A stretch of 32,000 nucleotides of DNA, taken from the NCBI GenBank assembly GCA_964480775.1, contig CAYZRF010000011.1, positions 32,887 through 64,886 on the forward strand. The letters are read 5' to 3'. Shown in pieces: positions 15,413-24,197 of this stretch. How positions within the stretch are numbered: the first letter of the stretch is position 1; each line of letters begins with the position of its first letter. Source of the DNA: an uncultured Nitrososphaerota archaeon (lineage in GTDB: Archaea; Korarchaeota; Korarchaeia; Korarchaeales; Korarchaeaceae). The position numbers and the translations under genes are program-made. The notes beneath the pieces are model-generated. The model saw only the letters and a program-made list of their open reading frames with translations. It was not told the origin of the DNA and did no database searches.

Positions 15413-16381
15413 TTATAAGAAAATCCAGTTTCTTCCAAGCGGAGCAGCTTTGACACCTAACTTCATCCTAAGATAGGATGTAAAGTCATTATAAAACCCA
15501 AAAACAGTGTAGACTCTTTTAGCTTTGGATTTCTCGACAATCTCTAGAAGCCCATCAAAGTCGGCGTGTGAACTAAGTGGAAAGGCTCGATGAACCCTTT
15601 TTGGTCTTAAAATAAGAGCCCACCCAGTTGCTATGGCGAGTTTGCTCTCCTCAAGCATGACGTTAGAACAAGGACCCTTCACAACTACAGCCTTTGTATC
15701 CTGCTCCTCCTGAAGTTCCTCATACCTTAGTGGGAAGACTGGTTGGCACGCAGCGTTCATCCTGGCCACCTCTCGAGTAACTAAAACCTTGATTTTCGTG
15801 GTTTTGTTCAGAAGTGCTATAACTTCCTGCGCCTTTCCTAAGGGATAAACCGAGAACACAGGTATTGATCCTTCTGAAACTACGGAAAGAGCCCATTCAA
15901 CCATCTTGGCTCTAACCAAATCCTGATCTGGAAACCTGAACTTAGGGTTGCCGTAAGTCGACTCTATTATTAAGACATCAGCTTCTGGAACGTCAGCTGG
16001 ACCCTCAACGGCCAAACCTCCCTTTGGGTTCACGTCACCCGTATATAGGACTCTGAGATCACCTTTCTCCAGTAAGAACATGGCGGAACCAGGCACATGT
16101 CCTGCTACGAAGGGAGTTACCCTGATATTCCCTACCTCTATCTCCTTTCCGAAATCAGAGGTTGCTAAAAATTCCTCAGGAGCTCTAAAGACGGATTTTA
16201 ACGCCTTTCTGGTGATCGAGGTTGTTATGAGTTCTGATTTCGGCTTTTTTACGTCTCTTGGGACGTGATCAGAGTGAGCGTGGGTTATTAAGGTTGGTAC
16301 TCCTTGAAGAGTCCTTTTTGGATCCATGATAAGGCTAGATCCATCTGAAACCTCTATTCCGTTGTTCCATCTAATTTTCAT
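15413..16381 (-). CDS. MBL-fold metallo-hydrolase, short beta-CASP-like nuclease
   Basis: It has the HxHxDH motif (ITHAHSDHV), AGHVPGSAM, YTGDV, IIESTYG, and a C-terminal SSHADFDGLLEIV...VYTVFG block (beta-CASP motif C type). The ORF track starts at the ATG at 16393. The ATG at 16381 (MKIRWNNG) fits better with the TATA box at 16403-16414. Confidence 0.8.
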   Translation of the reverse strand: MKIRWNNGIEVSDGSSLIMDPKRTLQGVPTLITHAHSDHVPRDVKKPKSELITTSITRKALKSVFRAPEEFLATSDFGKEIEVGNIRVTPFVAGHVPGSAMFLLEKGDLRVLYTGDVNPKGGLAVEGPADVPEADVLIIESTYGNPKFRFPDQDLVRAKMVEWALSVVSEGSIPVFSVYPLGKAQEVIALLNKTTKIKVLVTREVARMNAACQPVFPLRYEELQEEQDTKAVVVKGPCSNVMLEESKLAIATGWALILRPKRVHRAFPLSSHADFDGLLEIVEKSKAKRVYTVFGFYNDFTSYLRMKLGVKAAPLGRNWIFL

Positions 16382-16402
16382 ACTTGTGGTCATCCATATC
16401 TC

Positions 16403-16414
16403 AATATTTTTATT
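16403..16414. promoter_or_regulatory. A/T box (AATATTTTTATT) in a 53-nt divergent intergenic region; possible shared or bidirectional TATA element
   Basis: It lies about 28 nt from the ATG at 16381 (minus-strand gene) and about 38 nt from the ATG at 16447 (plus-strand gene). Confidence 0.35.
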
Positions 16415-16446
16415 CCTTCTGTTCTAGCTCCAGCACGGGGAACATC

Positions 16447-16614
16447 ATGAGCAAGAGGAAGAGGAGAAGGGAATTTATGCCGATGTCCACAGCTGGTATT
16501 CTAACATTCAGCCAAGAGAGTTCTGAAGGACTGCTGGTGCCCAAGTGGTTTCCTGTAGCTCTAGCAGCGTCCTTTGGTGTAGCTGTAATAATCCTTCATC
16601 TTATTATGGCTTGA
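16447..16614 (+). CDS. secG: Preprotein translocase subunit Sec61-beta (archaeal SecG)
   Basis: Start trimmed to the ATG at 16447. The 55-aa product MSKRKRRREFMPMSTAGILTFSQESSEGLLVPKWFPVALAASFGVAVIILHLIMA has a basic N-terminus, the characteristic S(S/T)AGL/I..F block and a single C-terminal TM tail anchor. Confidence 0.75.
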   Translation: MSKRKRRREFMPMSTAGILTFSQESSEGLLVPKWFPVALAASFGVAVIILHLIMA

Positions 16615-16623
16615 GGTGAGCCC

Positions 16624-16920
16624 TTGCTTATATCAGAAGCTGAAAAGATAATCAAAGATACTTACGAAAGGCGAGATAGGAGTAGAGGAATCCCCTTAAC
16701 TTTTCTTCACTTTGTAGAGGAAGTTGGGGAACTTGCAAGGTCCTTAAGGAATAGAAACAAAGAAGAGATTGGTAGGGAGCTTGCAGATGTCTTTGCATGG
16801 CTCCTGAGCGTTTCTTATCTCCTTGAAATAGATCTAGAGAAGGAGTTCGTACGGTTCTACGGACAAGGTTGCCCTAAGTGCGGAAGTATCCCTTGCAAAT
16901 GTCCTCCTTTGGAGGGGTAA
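16624..16920 (+). CDS. MazG-like nucleotide pyrophosphohydrolase domain protein with a C-terminal Cys4 knuckle
   Basis: 98 aa. It has EEVGEL...ELADV metal-binding EExxE/ExxD-type helices typical of the all-alpha NTP-PPase (MazG) fold. The C-terminus reads CPKCGSIPCKC. The start is a TTG at 16624, preceded by GAGGTGA. Confidence 0.65.
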   Translation: MLISEAEKIIKDTYERRDRSRGIPLTFLHFVEEVGELARSLRNRNKEEIGRELADVFAWLLSVSYLLEIDLEKEFVRFYGQGCPKCGSIPCKCPPLEG

Positions 16921-16926
16921 GACAAT

Positions 16927-17493
16927 ATGAAATTTCTCAAATTTCCTCTTGATGAGACTCTTCCGGCAGCTATAAAGTTGGCATCTATGGTAAAGGAAAG
17001 CGGTTTTGCTCCAGACATCATAATAGCAATAAGTAGGGGAGGACTTGTCTTAGGAAGGCTATTAAGTGATCTTCTTAATGTCTCCGACCTAAGAACAATC
17101 AGGATAAGAAGGTACAGTGGAATAGGGGAAACGGAAGAGTTGAGAATAGATATACCTGTATTGGAGAGATTAGACGGAAAAAACGTGCTAGTGGTCGACG
17201 ACGTGGCAGATATGGGAGATACATTGCAAGCTGCAATCGAACATGTGGAGCAGCAAGGAGCGAAGGAAGTTAAGAGCTTGACGATCCACTACAAGCCATG
17301 GTCAAAGGTGATGCCAGACTTTTTTATCCAGAAAACTGAAAGCTGGGTAGTGTACTGGTGGGAGTATGCCGAAACTGCTAGATCGCTTTTCAATAAGCTA
17401 TCAGAAGAGTCTGACAAACCAGAACTCCTTAAGAAACTTGAAAAAGAAGCTGGCATTCCAAAGGAGGTGATGCGTTGGCTGGGACTAGGATAA
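16927..17493 (+). CDS. Purine (hypoxanthine/guanine/xanthine-type) phosphoribosyltransferase
   Basis: 188 aa with the PRPP-binding motif VLVVDDVADMGDTL. Size and layout fit the small archaeal type I PRTases. Confidence 0.8.
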   Translation: MKFLKFPLDETLPAAIKLASMVKESGFAPDIIIAISRGGLVLGRLLSDLLNVSDLRTIRIRRYSGIGETEELRIDIPVLERLDGKNVLVVDDVADMGDTLQAAIEHVEQQGAKEVKSLTIHYKPWSKVMPDFFIQKTESWVVYWWEYAETARSLFNKLSEESDKPELLKKLEKEAGIPKEVMRWLGLG

Positions 17494-17519
17494 ACACTCA
17501 CACGGTCTTCCAGAACGTC

Positions 17520-19019
17520 ATGGAGATAGCCCAAAGAAGAGGGTTCTTTTGGCCAGCTGCAAGGGATCTGTACTCCGAAGCTCCAGCTGGATTCTGGATC
17601 TATGGGCCTCTAGGCATTAAAATTAAGAATAAGATTGTCCAAGCCTGGAGAGACTGGATACTGAAGCCAGAAGGAGCCCACGAAATTGAAACACCATCCC
17701 TTCTTCCCTTAACGATCTTCAGGGCTTCAGGACACTTGGAACACTTCTTTGATAAGCTGGTTGAGTGCAATCAATGTCACACAAGGTGGAGAGCTGACGA
17801 ATTGCTAGAGGACAAGCTGAGCACGCGAGGTCTTGAGGCAGTCTCTGAGCAGGAACTAAAGAAACTCCTTATCGAGCACGAAGTGAGATGCCCCAGATGC
17901 GGGGCTCTCAATTGGTCCGATGTCAAGAGATTCAACTTGATGTTCCTAACTGCTGCAGGAGCAGAGACAGAGGAGCCAAACATGGGTCTTAGGCCCGAGA
18001 CCACTCAGGGAAGCGCCGTAGAATTTAGAAGATGTTACATGGTGATGCGAGGAAAGCTGCCCTTCATCATAGCTCAACTTGGACATGTGTTCAGAAATGA
18101 GATAAGCCCAAGAAGAGGCTTAATACGAATGAGAGAGTTTCAACAGCTGGAGGTTCACGTTTTCTTTGATCCAGAGGACATGTCTTCGTACGACAAGAAG
18201 CTTGAGCCTTATTTAGATTACAAGATTAGGTTCTTGAAGTTAGATGATGCTGATACTGGAAAGATAAAGGAGATACCCGCAAGAGAGGCGCTTGAGAGTG
18301 GATACACAATAAACGAACTTATCACATACTGGTTGGTTCTTTATCAGAGGTTCTTCAACGAAGTACTTGGATTTCCTTTGGAGAGGCTAAGGTACAGGGA
18401 GCTTGGACCTGATGAAAGGGCTCATTATGCTTCGGCTCATTGGGATCTAGAAATATATTCTGAAGAAATAGGCTGGGTGGAACTCGTGAATAACGCCTAC
18501 AGGACAGATTACGATCTGAAGGGTCATGCTAGGGAAAGTGGCGTTGATTTGGCGGTTCAAACCAATGGAAAAAAGGTTCTTCCCCACCTGTATGAGCCTT
18601 CGATTGGTCTAGATAGGACCATTTTCTTCGAACTCCTCCTCTCATACAGGAAGGACGACAGGGTTTGGATGCAATTGCCCAAAAACATCGTTCCTTTTGA
18701 TGTAGCGGTGTTCCCGTTATTATCGAAAGGCGAATTGATGAATAAGGCTAGAGAGGTAGAAAAGCTCCTTTCAATGAATTTTGACGTTTTTTATGATGAT
18801 AAGGGATCTATAGGAAGGAGATACAGAAGAATGGACGAGATAGGAACGCCAGCATGTATTACAATAGACTATCAGACGTTGGAAGACGAAACTGTGACGA
18901 TAAGAGATAGGGATTCAATGCAGCAGATTAGAGTTGAAATAAAGAGGCTACCTAAGATCCTAAGGGAGTTTCTCTCAGGAGCAAAGTTAGAAAAACTGGG
19001 AGAACTGATCAATCAGTAA
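17520..19019 (+). CDS. glyS: Glycyl-tRNA synthetase (alpha2, archaeal/eukaryotic type)
   Basis: Start trimmed to the ATG at 17520 (MEIAQRRGFFWPA...). Class II motifs are present: RPETTQG and GHVFRNEISPRRGLIRMREFQQLEVHVF. There is an insertion with CNQC...CPRC cysteines and a C-terminal anticodon-binding domain (VAVFPL...GTPACITID). Confidence 0.9.
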   Translation: MEIAQRRGFFWPAARDLYSEAPAGFWIYGPLGIKIKNKIVQAWRDWILKPEGAHEIETPSLLPLTIFRASGHLEHFFDKLVECNQCHTRWRADELLEDKLSTRGLEAVSEQELKKLLIEHEVRCPRCGALNWSDVKRFNLMFLTAAGAETEEPNMGLRPETTQGSAVEFRRCYMVMRGKLPFIIAQLGHVFRNEISPRRGLIRMREFQQLEVHVFFDPEDMSSYDKKLEPYLDYKIRFLKLDDADTGKIKEIPAREALESGYTINELITYWLVLYQRFFNEVLGFPLERLRYRELGPDERAHYASAHWDLEIYSEEIGWVELVNNAYRTDYDLKGHARESGVDLAVQTNGKKVLPHLYEPSIGLDRTIFFELLLSYRKDDRVWMQLPKNIVPFDVAVFPLLSKGELMNKAREVEKLLSMNFDVFYDDKGSIGRRYRRMDEIGTPACITIDYQTLEDETVTIRDRDSMQQIRVEIKRLPKILREFLSGAKLEKLGELINQ

Positions 19020-19037
19020 CTTTGGCAGGGAAGTTTG

Positions 19038-19976
19038 ATGAAGAAAGTCATTATCACCCATAAGGATGTAGACGGTATTGCCAGTGGAGCCATAGTCTTA
19101 AGGACAATTGGAGATGCCAGGATAAGGTTTGCAAGTCCCAGATCTATTGCTAGAGTACTCTCTCATATCCCTGAAAGCAACGGTGAAATATACATGTTAG
19201 ACATAGCTGTAAATTCTTCTACACTTCACGAAATAGCAAAAGAGCTATCTAGACTCAAGAAAAGCGGTAGAAAAATTGTGTGGATAGACCATCATCCCTG
19301 GCCAAGGGAAGCAATTGAGCTGTTAGGTAAATATGTAGACGAACTCATCGTAAAACCAAGTCCCAGCGCTGCAAGCCTTGTGAAGGAGATCTTTGCTCCA
19401 GATGACCCGATTTGTGAGAAGATAGCCGAGATAGGGGACGACGCAGACACTGGCAAGTATGAAATGAATCTCTCAAATGAATGTTACTGGGTGGCAAGAG
19501 ATCCCGGAAGACGTGTTTATTTACTTAAAACCCTAGCTGAAGGCAATTTCGGAGATGAAAGGATAAAAGAATGGGCAAAGGAGCAGAAAGAAAAAGATCA
19601 GAAGATTTTGGAGAAAATGATAAGCGAAGCTGTCGAGATAAGATTCACCAAATCTGGTAAAAAGTACGCCTTCATAGACCTGAGGCCGAAAGGAGGACCA
19701 GGCACAGCTATAGCAAGGGAACTAGCGAGGAAGAAAGGAATAGATTTCTCCTTAGTTCTCTACTCATGCGATGGAGGTTTTGGCCTGTATAGGGGAAAGG
19801 GTGAAGTGAGACTAAAGGGAATATGTGAGCGCTATAGAGGAGGAGGACATGAATACGCTTGTGGAGGAAGGCTAGAATTTAATTTCATTGAAAGAATTCT
19901 CTGTGCTATATTTGGAAGGAGATACAGGCCGAAAAAGGTAAAAAATCTCATTAGAGAGGTAGAAGAAAAAATCTAA
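19038..19976 (+). CDS. DHH/DHHA1 family phosphoesterase (NrnA/RecJ-like small nuclease)
   Basis: It has motif I HKDVDGIAS, the DHH motif WIDHHPW and the DHHA1 motif GGGHEYACGG. About 312 aa. Confidence 0.85.
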   Translation: MKKVIITHKDVDGIASGAIVLRTIGDARIRFASPRSIARVLSHIPESNGEIYMLDIAVNSSTLHEIAKELSRLKKSGRKIVWIDHHPWPREAIELLGKYVDELIVKPSPSAASLVKEIFAPDDPICEKIAEIGDDADTGKYEMNLSNECYWVARDPGRRVYLLKTLAEGNFGDERIKEWAKEQKEKDQKILEKMISEAVEIRFTKSGKKYAFIDLRPKGGPGTAIARELARKKGIDFSLVLYSCDGGFGLYRGKGEVRLKGICERYRGGGHEYACGGRLEFNFIERILCAIFGRRYRPKKVKNLIREVEEKI

Positions 19977-19978
19977 AC

Positions 19979-20776
19979 TCAAAAATATTGTTCAAGATCC
20001 GTCCTTTTCGTAACTCTCTGGATCACAATTTCCCTCCAAAGCGGAAATGAGACGTTCACCACATCAACATTCCACAAATTTGCCTTTTTGCTTCCATTGT
20101 GAGCATGCGCATGAATTACTAGGTCAGGTCTTGTCACCTCAATCACCTTTTCATAACCTCTATGACCAAGCTGGGGCCAGATGCTCCTAAACTCCCCATA
20201 TAAGGTTTTGAAGGTGGGCGCGTAGTGCATTAGCAAGATCTTAATGTCAGCATCGAGTTCCTGAAGGAGTTTCCTTACTTTTTTAATTCTAGCCTCGTAA
20301 ACCTCCTTTATTCCCGGCATATGTTTTTCCTGCCAGGTTGTGGGCTGTTCAAGGCTGCCTTTTGAACCCACTATTCCCAAACTTAGCCCGTTTATTTCAA
20401 GCTTAACAGATTCGTCGTCTAAAAAGGTAATAATATCGCTAAATTCATCCTTCAGCCTATCATGAGTCTCTTCGTACTCCTCATTTCCAAATATGGCAAA
20501 AATTCTCCTGCATTCTAGCTGAGAAATAGCTTCGATAGTAGGTGAATACCACCTCATGTTCCCCTTGTTAATAAGATCGCCAGCCAACATGATGATATCA
20601 GGTCTTACTGTAACTCTTTTTACTGCTTCCTTTAGGTGATCAAGATACTTTGGTGAGTGAATATCTGCGGTCGCTGCGATGGTAAGAGTTTTTTCATTTG
20701 ATATACTCCTCAACTCACTACCAAGAAAGGTAATATGAGAAAACTTAAAAGGGGATTTAAGCCCCTTGCTTTCCAT
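19979..20776 (-). CDS. Calcineurin-like metallophosphoesterase
   Basis: Motifs present: ATADIH, LAGDLINKG, FGNEEY, LLMHYAP and IHAHAHNG. The ATG at 20776 leaves only 9 nt to the divergent gene. A TTG at 20713 (MRSISNEKTLTIAATADIH) would restore a 72-nt promoter region, so the true start is uncertain. Confidence 0.85.
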   Translation of the reverse strand: MESKGLKSPFKFSHITFLGSELRSISNEKTLTIAATADIHSPKYLDHLKEAVKRVTVRPDIIMLAGDLINKGNMRWYSPTIEAISQLECRRIFAIFGNEEYEETHDRLKDEFSDIITFLDDESVKLEINGLSLGIVGSKGSLEQPTTWQEKHMPGIKEVYEARIKKVRKLLQELDADIKILLMHYAPTFKTLYGEFRSIWPQLGHRGYEKVIEVTRPDLVIHAHAHNGSKKANLWNVDVVNVSFPLWREIVIQRVTKRTDLEQYF

Positions 20777-20785
20777 TGATGAACC

Positions 20786-21001
20786 TTGCCCAACATAGTC
20801 TGTCCATCTTGTAGTGAATTAATCTATATGGAAGAAGATGATTATGATGGCGAGATGACCTGTCCTTCCTGCGGAGCACTCCTCTACGTCGTGATAACAG
20901 GGCAACTGGTTGAGAGAGTGGAATTGTTGGGCGAGGGTTTTGAAGGAGAAGAATGGGAAGAAGACTTAGAAACTTGGACGGAAAAAGAGGAGGAGTGGTG
21001 A
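20786..21001 (+). CDS. Small zinc-ribbon protein with an acidic, Trp-containing C-terminal tail (LysW-like fold); function unknown
   Basis: 71 aa: MPNIVCPSCSELIYMEEDDYDGEMTCPSCGALLYVVITGQLVERVELLGEGFEGEEWEEDLETWTEKEEEW. It has two CPSC knuckles spaced as in LysW-type ribbons. A TTG start is required to keep the first knuckle. A TATA-like GATTTAAGCC box is centred about 28 nt upstream. Confidence 0.5.
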   Translation: MPNIVCPSCSELIYMEEDDYDGEMTCPSCGALLYVVITGQLVERVELLGEGFEGEEWEEDLETWTEKEEEW

Positions 21002-21013
21002 GGGCAGAAACCC

Positions 21014-22009
21014 TCAAATATTCTTTGCTCTCTTTAAGATGATTTCCCAGTTTTCGTCAACGAGTTCTTGGAACTTCTCTACCATCCACTTGTTCTCTGG
21101 AAGCATCATGTGTCTGAATCTTCCCTGGAGCTTTAGATATTCATCAACAGGCTTCTTCCTATCTGGATTCTTCGCTATGGTGAGGCTAGGTCCTGTCAAG
21201 TACCATTCTGAATTTATCACTTCATATAACGGGAAGAAACAGGTTTCAACTGCAAGCTTGGATAGTTTAATTGTGTCTTTAGTATCGGTCCTCCATCCCC
21301 TCGGGCAAACCCCATAGGCGTGGATAAATGCTGGTCCTTCCGTTTCAAAGCCTTTGCGGAACTTCTTTACGGCATCTACCCAGTAAGCAGGGGACACCGT
21401 AGCTGCATAGGGGATTCTATGTGCAACAACTATATCGACGATTGGCTTCTTCGTGAGAGGTTTTCCTTTAATTTTGCTTCCTACTGGGGTGGTTGTCGTC
21501 CATGCTCCAAAGGGAGTACCTCCGCTCCTCTGGATACCTGTGTTCATGTAGGCCTCGTTATCGTACAGAACATAAAGGAAGTTGTGCCACCTTTCTAACG
21601 CTCCTGAAAGAGCTTGGAGACCTATGTCATATGTTCCACCATCTCCAGCTAGAGCTAACACGTCGTAATCAACGCTGATGTCCTTAGATTCTGAAAACCT
21701 ACCAGCCCTCTGCAACTTATTCCTACCTGCATCAATACCCGCAGCAACCGCAGCAGCATTCTCAAATGCCACATGTATCCAAGGAACTCTCCAAGCGGTG
21801 TACGGAAATATTGTTGTTACTACTTCCATACAGCCCGTTGCATTTGCAATTACAATGGGTTTTCTTCTTGCCATCATGATCTGTCTCAAGACGATGGCAC
21901 AGCCGCAACCTGCGCAGGCCCTATGACCTGGTAGGATTCCGGGATCTTCCTTCATGAATTTAGGAAGCTGTTTAATGTTAGGAACAAATCCTTTGGCCAT
22001 TTGCTTCAC
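21014..22009 (-). CDS. porB: 2-oxoacid (pyruvate-type):ferredoxin oxidoreductase beta subunit (TPP-binding)
   Basis: 331 aa with a CAGCGC Cys cluster near the N-terminus and the TPP motif GDGGTYDIGLQALSG...NEAYMNTG. It overlaps the alpha subunit by 4 nt. Confidence 0.88.
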   Translation of the reverse strand: MKQMAKGFVPNIKQLPKFMKEDPGILPGHRACAGCGCAIVLRQIMMARRKPIVIANATGCMEVVTTIFPYTAWRVPWIHVAFENAAAVAAGIDAGRNKLQRAGRFSESKDISVDYDVLALAGDGGTYDIGLQALSGALERWHNFLYVLYDNEAYMNTGIQRSGGTPFGAWTTTTPVGSKIKGKPLTKKPIVDIVVAHRIPYAATVSPAYWVDAVKKFRKGFETEGPAFIHAYGVCPRGWRTDTKDTIKLSKLAVETCFFPLYEVINSEWYLTGPSLTIAKNPDRKKPVDEYLKLQGRFRHMMLPENKWMVEKFQELVDENWEIILKRAKNI

Positions 22010-23238
22010 CTCACCCCTCTAATCCTAAAAACGGGCTCTGGTCCCTTTGCCTTGGCCTCTAGAACCTCCTCGAAGATCTTCTTCAGAAGTTTCTTAGGCA
22101 TGTCCCTCCCCCCAAGCCCATAGACAAAGTCGATCATCATCGGAGCATCCTTCGCCCCATAGAGAGCAGCGCACAAGTCAGAATATACCTGACCAAAGTG
22201 ACCGAAGCTTATTCCTCTGTCCAATACTCCGACAGCATCGAGGTCTAAAAGAATCTTCCTTAGAAGTTCTCTTGGAAACGGTCTGAACACCCTCATTCTG
22301 ATAGATCCGACCTTCTTTCCTTCTTCTCTAAGTTCGTCAACTACGGCCTTTGCTGTTCCCATGGTAGAACCCAATCCTATGACCACCACGTCGGCATCCT
22401 CGGTTCTATAAGGTTCAATGAATCCGTTACCATATGATCTACCACTTATCTCGGCGTATTCCTTGTGAACGCGCTCTATGACCTTGAAAGATCTTTCCAT
22501 TGCTTCTATCTGCTGTCTCTTATGTTCAAAGTAATAGTCGAATAAGTCCAAGGGACCGAAGGTAAGTGGGTACTTGGGATTTAACATCAAGGGCACTTCC
22601 TTATCCCCATAAATATCGCTGACCTTTATCTTCTGGACCTTTCTAGTCCCTAAAAATTCATGAACTACCTCATCTGGAAGCAATGAGACATTTTGGAGGG
22701 TGTGACTTATGAGGAAACCGTCTAGCGTGACCATAGTTGGGAGCAAAACTTCTGGATCCTCAGAGATTTTGAAAGCCTGTATCGTAGAGTCGTAGGCTTC
22801 TTGAGCATCTTCACAATAAATCTGGATCCATCCAGCATCTCTAGCTCCCATCGAGTCGTTATGATCGCAGTGTATGTTGATTGGACCCGAGGGAGCTCTA
22901 TTGACAACAGCCATAACCACGGGCATCCTTAAAGAAGCCGTTATGTATAAGATCTCAAACATTAACTGGAGCCCGTTAGCCGCTGTGGCCGTGAAGGCTC
23001 TTGCACCAGCAGCAGCAGCTCCTACACATGCACTTAAAGCACTGTGTTCGCTTTCGACCTTGATGAACTCCATATCTACCTCTCCTTCATGAACAAAATC
23101 TGATATTCTCTCAACGATGATCGTCTGAGGAGTTATTGGATAAGCTGAAACTACGTCGACGTTACTTTGCTTAACGGCCCATGCAACGGCCTCATCTCCA
23201 TTAAGAGCCATCATCTTTTGTTTAACAACCTTCTGCAT
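22006..23238 (-). CDS. porA: 2-oxoacid (pyruvate-type):ferredoxin oxidoreductase alpha subunit
   Basis: 410 aa with the N-terminal block NGDEAVAWAV...VSAYPITPQT and ESEHSALSACVGAAAAGARAFTATAANGL, typical of POR/VOR alpha. Substrate specificity (pyruvate versus branched 2-oxoacids) cannot be told by eye. Confidence 0.88.
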   Translation of the reverse strand: MQKVVKQKMMALNGDEAVAWAVKQSNVDVVSAYPITPQTIIVERISDFVHEGEVDMEFIKVESEHSALSACVGAAAAGARAFTATAANGLQLMFEILYITASLRMPVVMAVVNRAPSGPINIHCDHNDSMGARDAGWIQIYCEDAQEAYDSTIQAFKISEDPEVLLPTMVTLDGFLISHTLQNVSLLPDEVVHEFLGTRKVQKIKVSDIYGDKEVPLMLNPKYPLTFGPLDLFDYYFEHKRQQIEAMERSFKVIERVHKEYAEISGRSYGNGFIEPYRTEDADVVVIGLGSTMGTAKAVVDELREEGKKVGSIRMRVFRPFPRELLRKILLDLDAVGVLDRGISFGHFGQVYSDLCAALYGAKDAPMMIDFVYGLGGRDMPKKLLKKIFEEVLEAKAKGPEPVFRIRGVR

Positions 23239-23242
23239 ATCA

Positions 23243-23509
23243 TCACCTCACCATCTCAATCGCGTTCACAGGGCACTCCTCTGCGCAAATGCCGCATCCC
23301 TTACAATAATCGTAGTTAGGCTTCGGGACCGTATCTCCATCCCATTCGATGGCAGAATCTGGGCAGAAAATCCAGCAATTGCCGCATTTTATGCACTTTT
23401 CTCCATCTATTACTGGTCTAAAGACCTTCCAGTCTCCCGTGTGATACTCAGTTGACTTCAGAAACGGAACACCCGCTATTGGTATCTCCTGCCAACTTCT
23501 CTTACTCAT
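23243..23509 (-). CDS. porD: 2-oxoacid:ferredoxin oxidoreductase delta subunit (2x[4Fe-4S] ferredoxin-like)
   Basis: 88 aa with two CxxCxxCxxxCP motifs ([12 protein letters not shown] and [12 protein letters not shown]). Confidence 0.9.
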   Translation of the reverse strand: MSKRSWQEIPIAGVPFLKSTEYHTGDWKVFRPVIDGEKCIKCGNCWIFCPDSAIEWDGDTVPKPNYDYCKGCGICAEECPVNAIEMVR

Positions 23510-24063
23510 CCTGTCTTCACCTCCTTCAGAGCCCTTTCTATTGCTCTAATGTTCTTCTCACTGATCTCTCCTGGCCACCTCTCCCTTACTACGGCCTTTA
23601 TTGAATCCAGAGGAACTACAGAGACTGCTTTAAGCATTGCTCCAAGCATTGGAGTGTTAGTTATTGCTCTTCCCATCTCTTCAAGCGCTATTGTAGTCGC
23701 ATCTACCGTCCAAACCTTTACTTCTTTCGGAACGTCGAGCTTCTTTCTTATCTCCTCAGGACTCATCGGCGTATTTACGAGCAGATGTCCGTTTGGCTTT
23801 ATTCCAGCTAGAATTCCTTTTCCGTTCTCTAGTAGGGTCGGATCAATCACGATGACTACATCTGGCTCGTATATGCTTGCATGAACCACTATGGGTTTTT
23901 CATCGATCCTGTTATATGCTTGAACTGGAGCTCCTGTTCTCTCTGGACCAAACTCTGGAAAAGATTGTGCGTATTTACCCGTTTTTATGGCTGCGGTGGC
24001 CAGGAGTATGGACGCACTCCAGACACCCTGACCTCCCCTTCCATGCCATCGTATCTCAAGCAT
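23506..24063 (-). CDS. porG: 2-oxoacid:ferredoxin oxidoreductase gamma subunit
   Basis: 185 aa. The N-terminus reads [25 protein letters not shown] (the GRGGQG motif). It is the first gene of the G-D-A-B operon and overlaps the delta subunit by 4 nt. Confidence 0.88.
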   Translation of the reverse strand: MLEIRWHGRGGQGVWSASILLATAAIKTGKYAQSFPEFGPERTGAPVQAYNRIDEKPIVVHASIYEPDVVIVIDPTLLENGKGILAGIKPNGHLLVNTPMSPEEIRKKLDVPKEVKVWTVDATTIALEEMGRAITNTPMLGAMLKAVSVVPLDSIKAVVRERWPGEISEKNIRAIERALKEVKTG

Positions 24064-24197
24064 AGTAGAACGCCTGAGGAATTGAATAGGTCATATAGTT
24101 AAAAACTTGAATTACAAATTCATGCAATATCTTTAGAGACGGCTATTAGGCGAATTTCAAATAATCATAACGACTTAGGGCATTTTCTTCCAAGCAA

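Noticed and set aside
20757-21017. 86-aa minus-strand ORF overlapping the porB stop and antisense to the zinc-ribbon ORF
   Set aside because: It has a TTG start and a Pro/Leu/Ser/Arg-rich low-complexity product, as expected from reading the antisense of a GAA/GAG-rich acidic tail. The + strand ORF has two CPxC knuckles and is the more credible gene.
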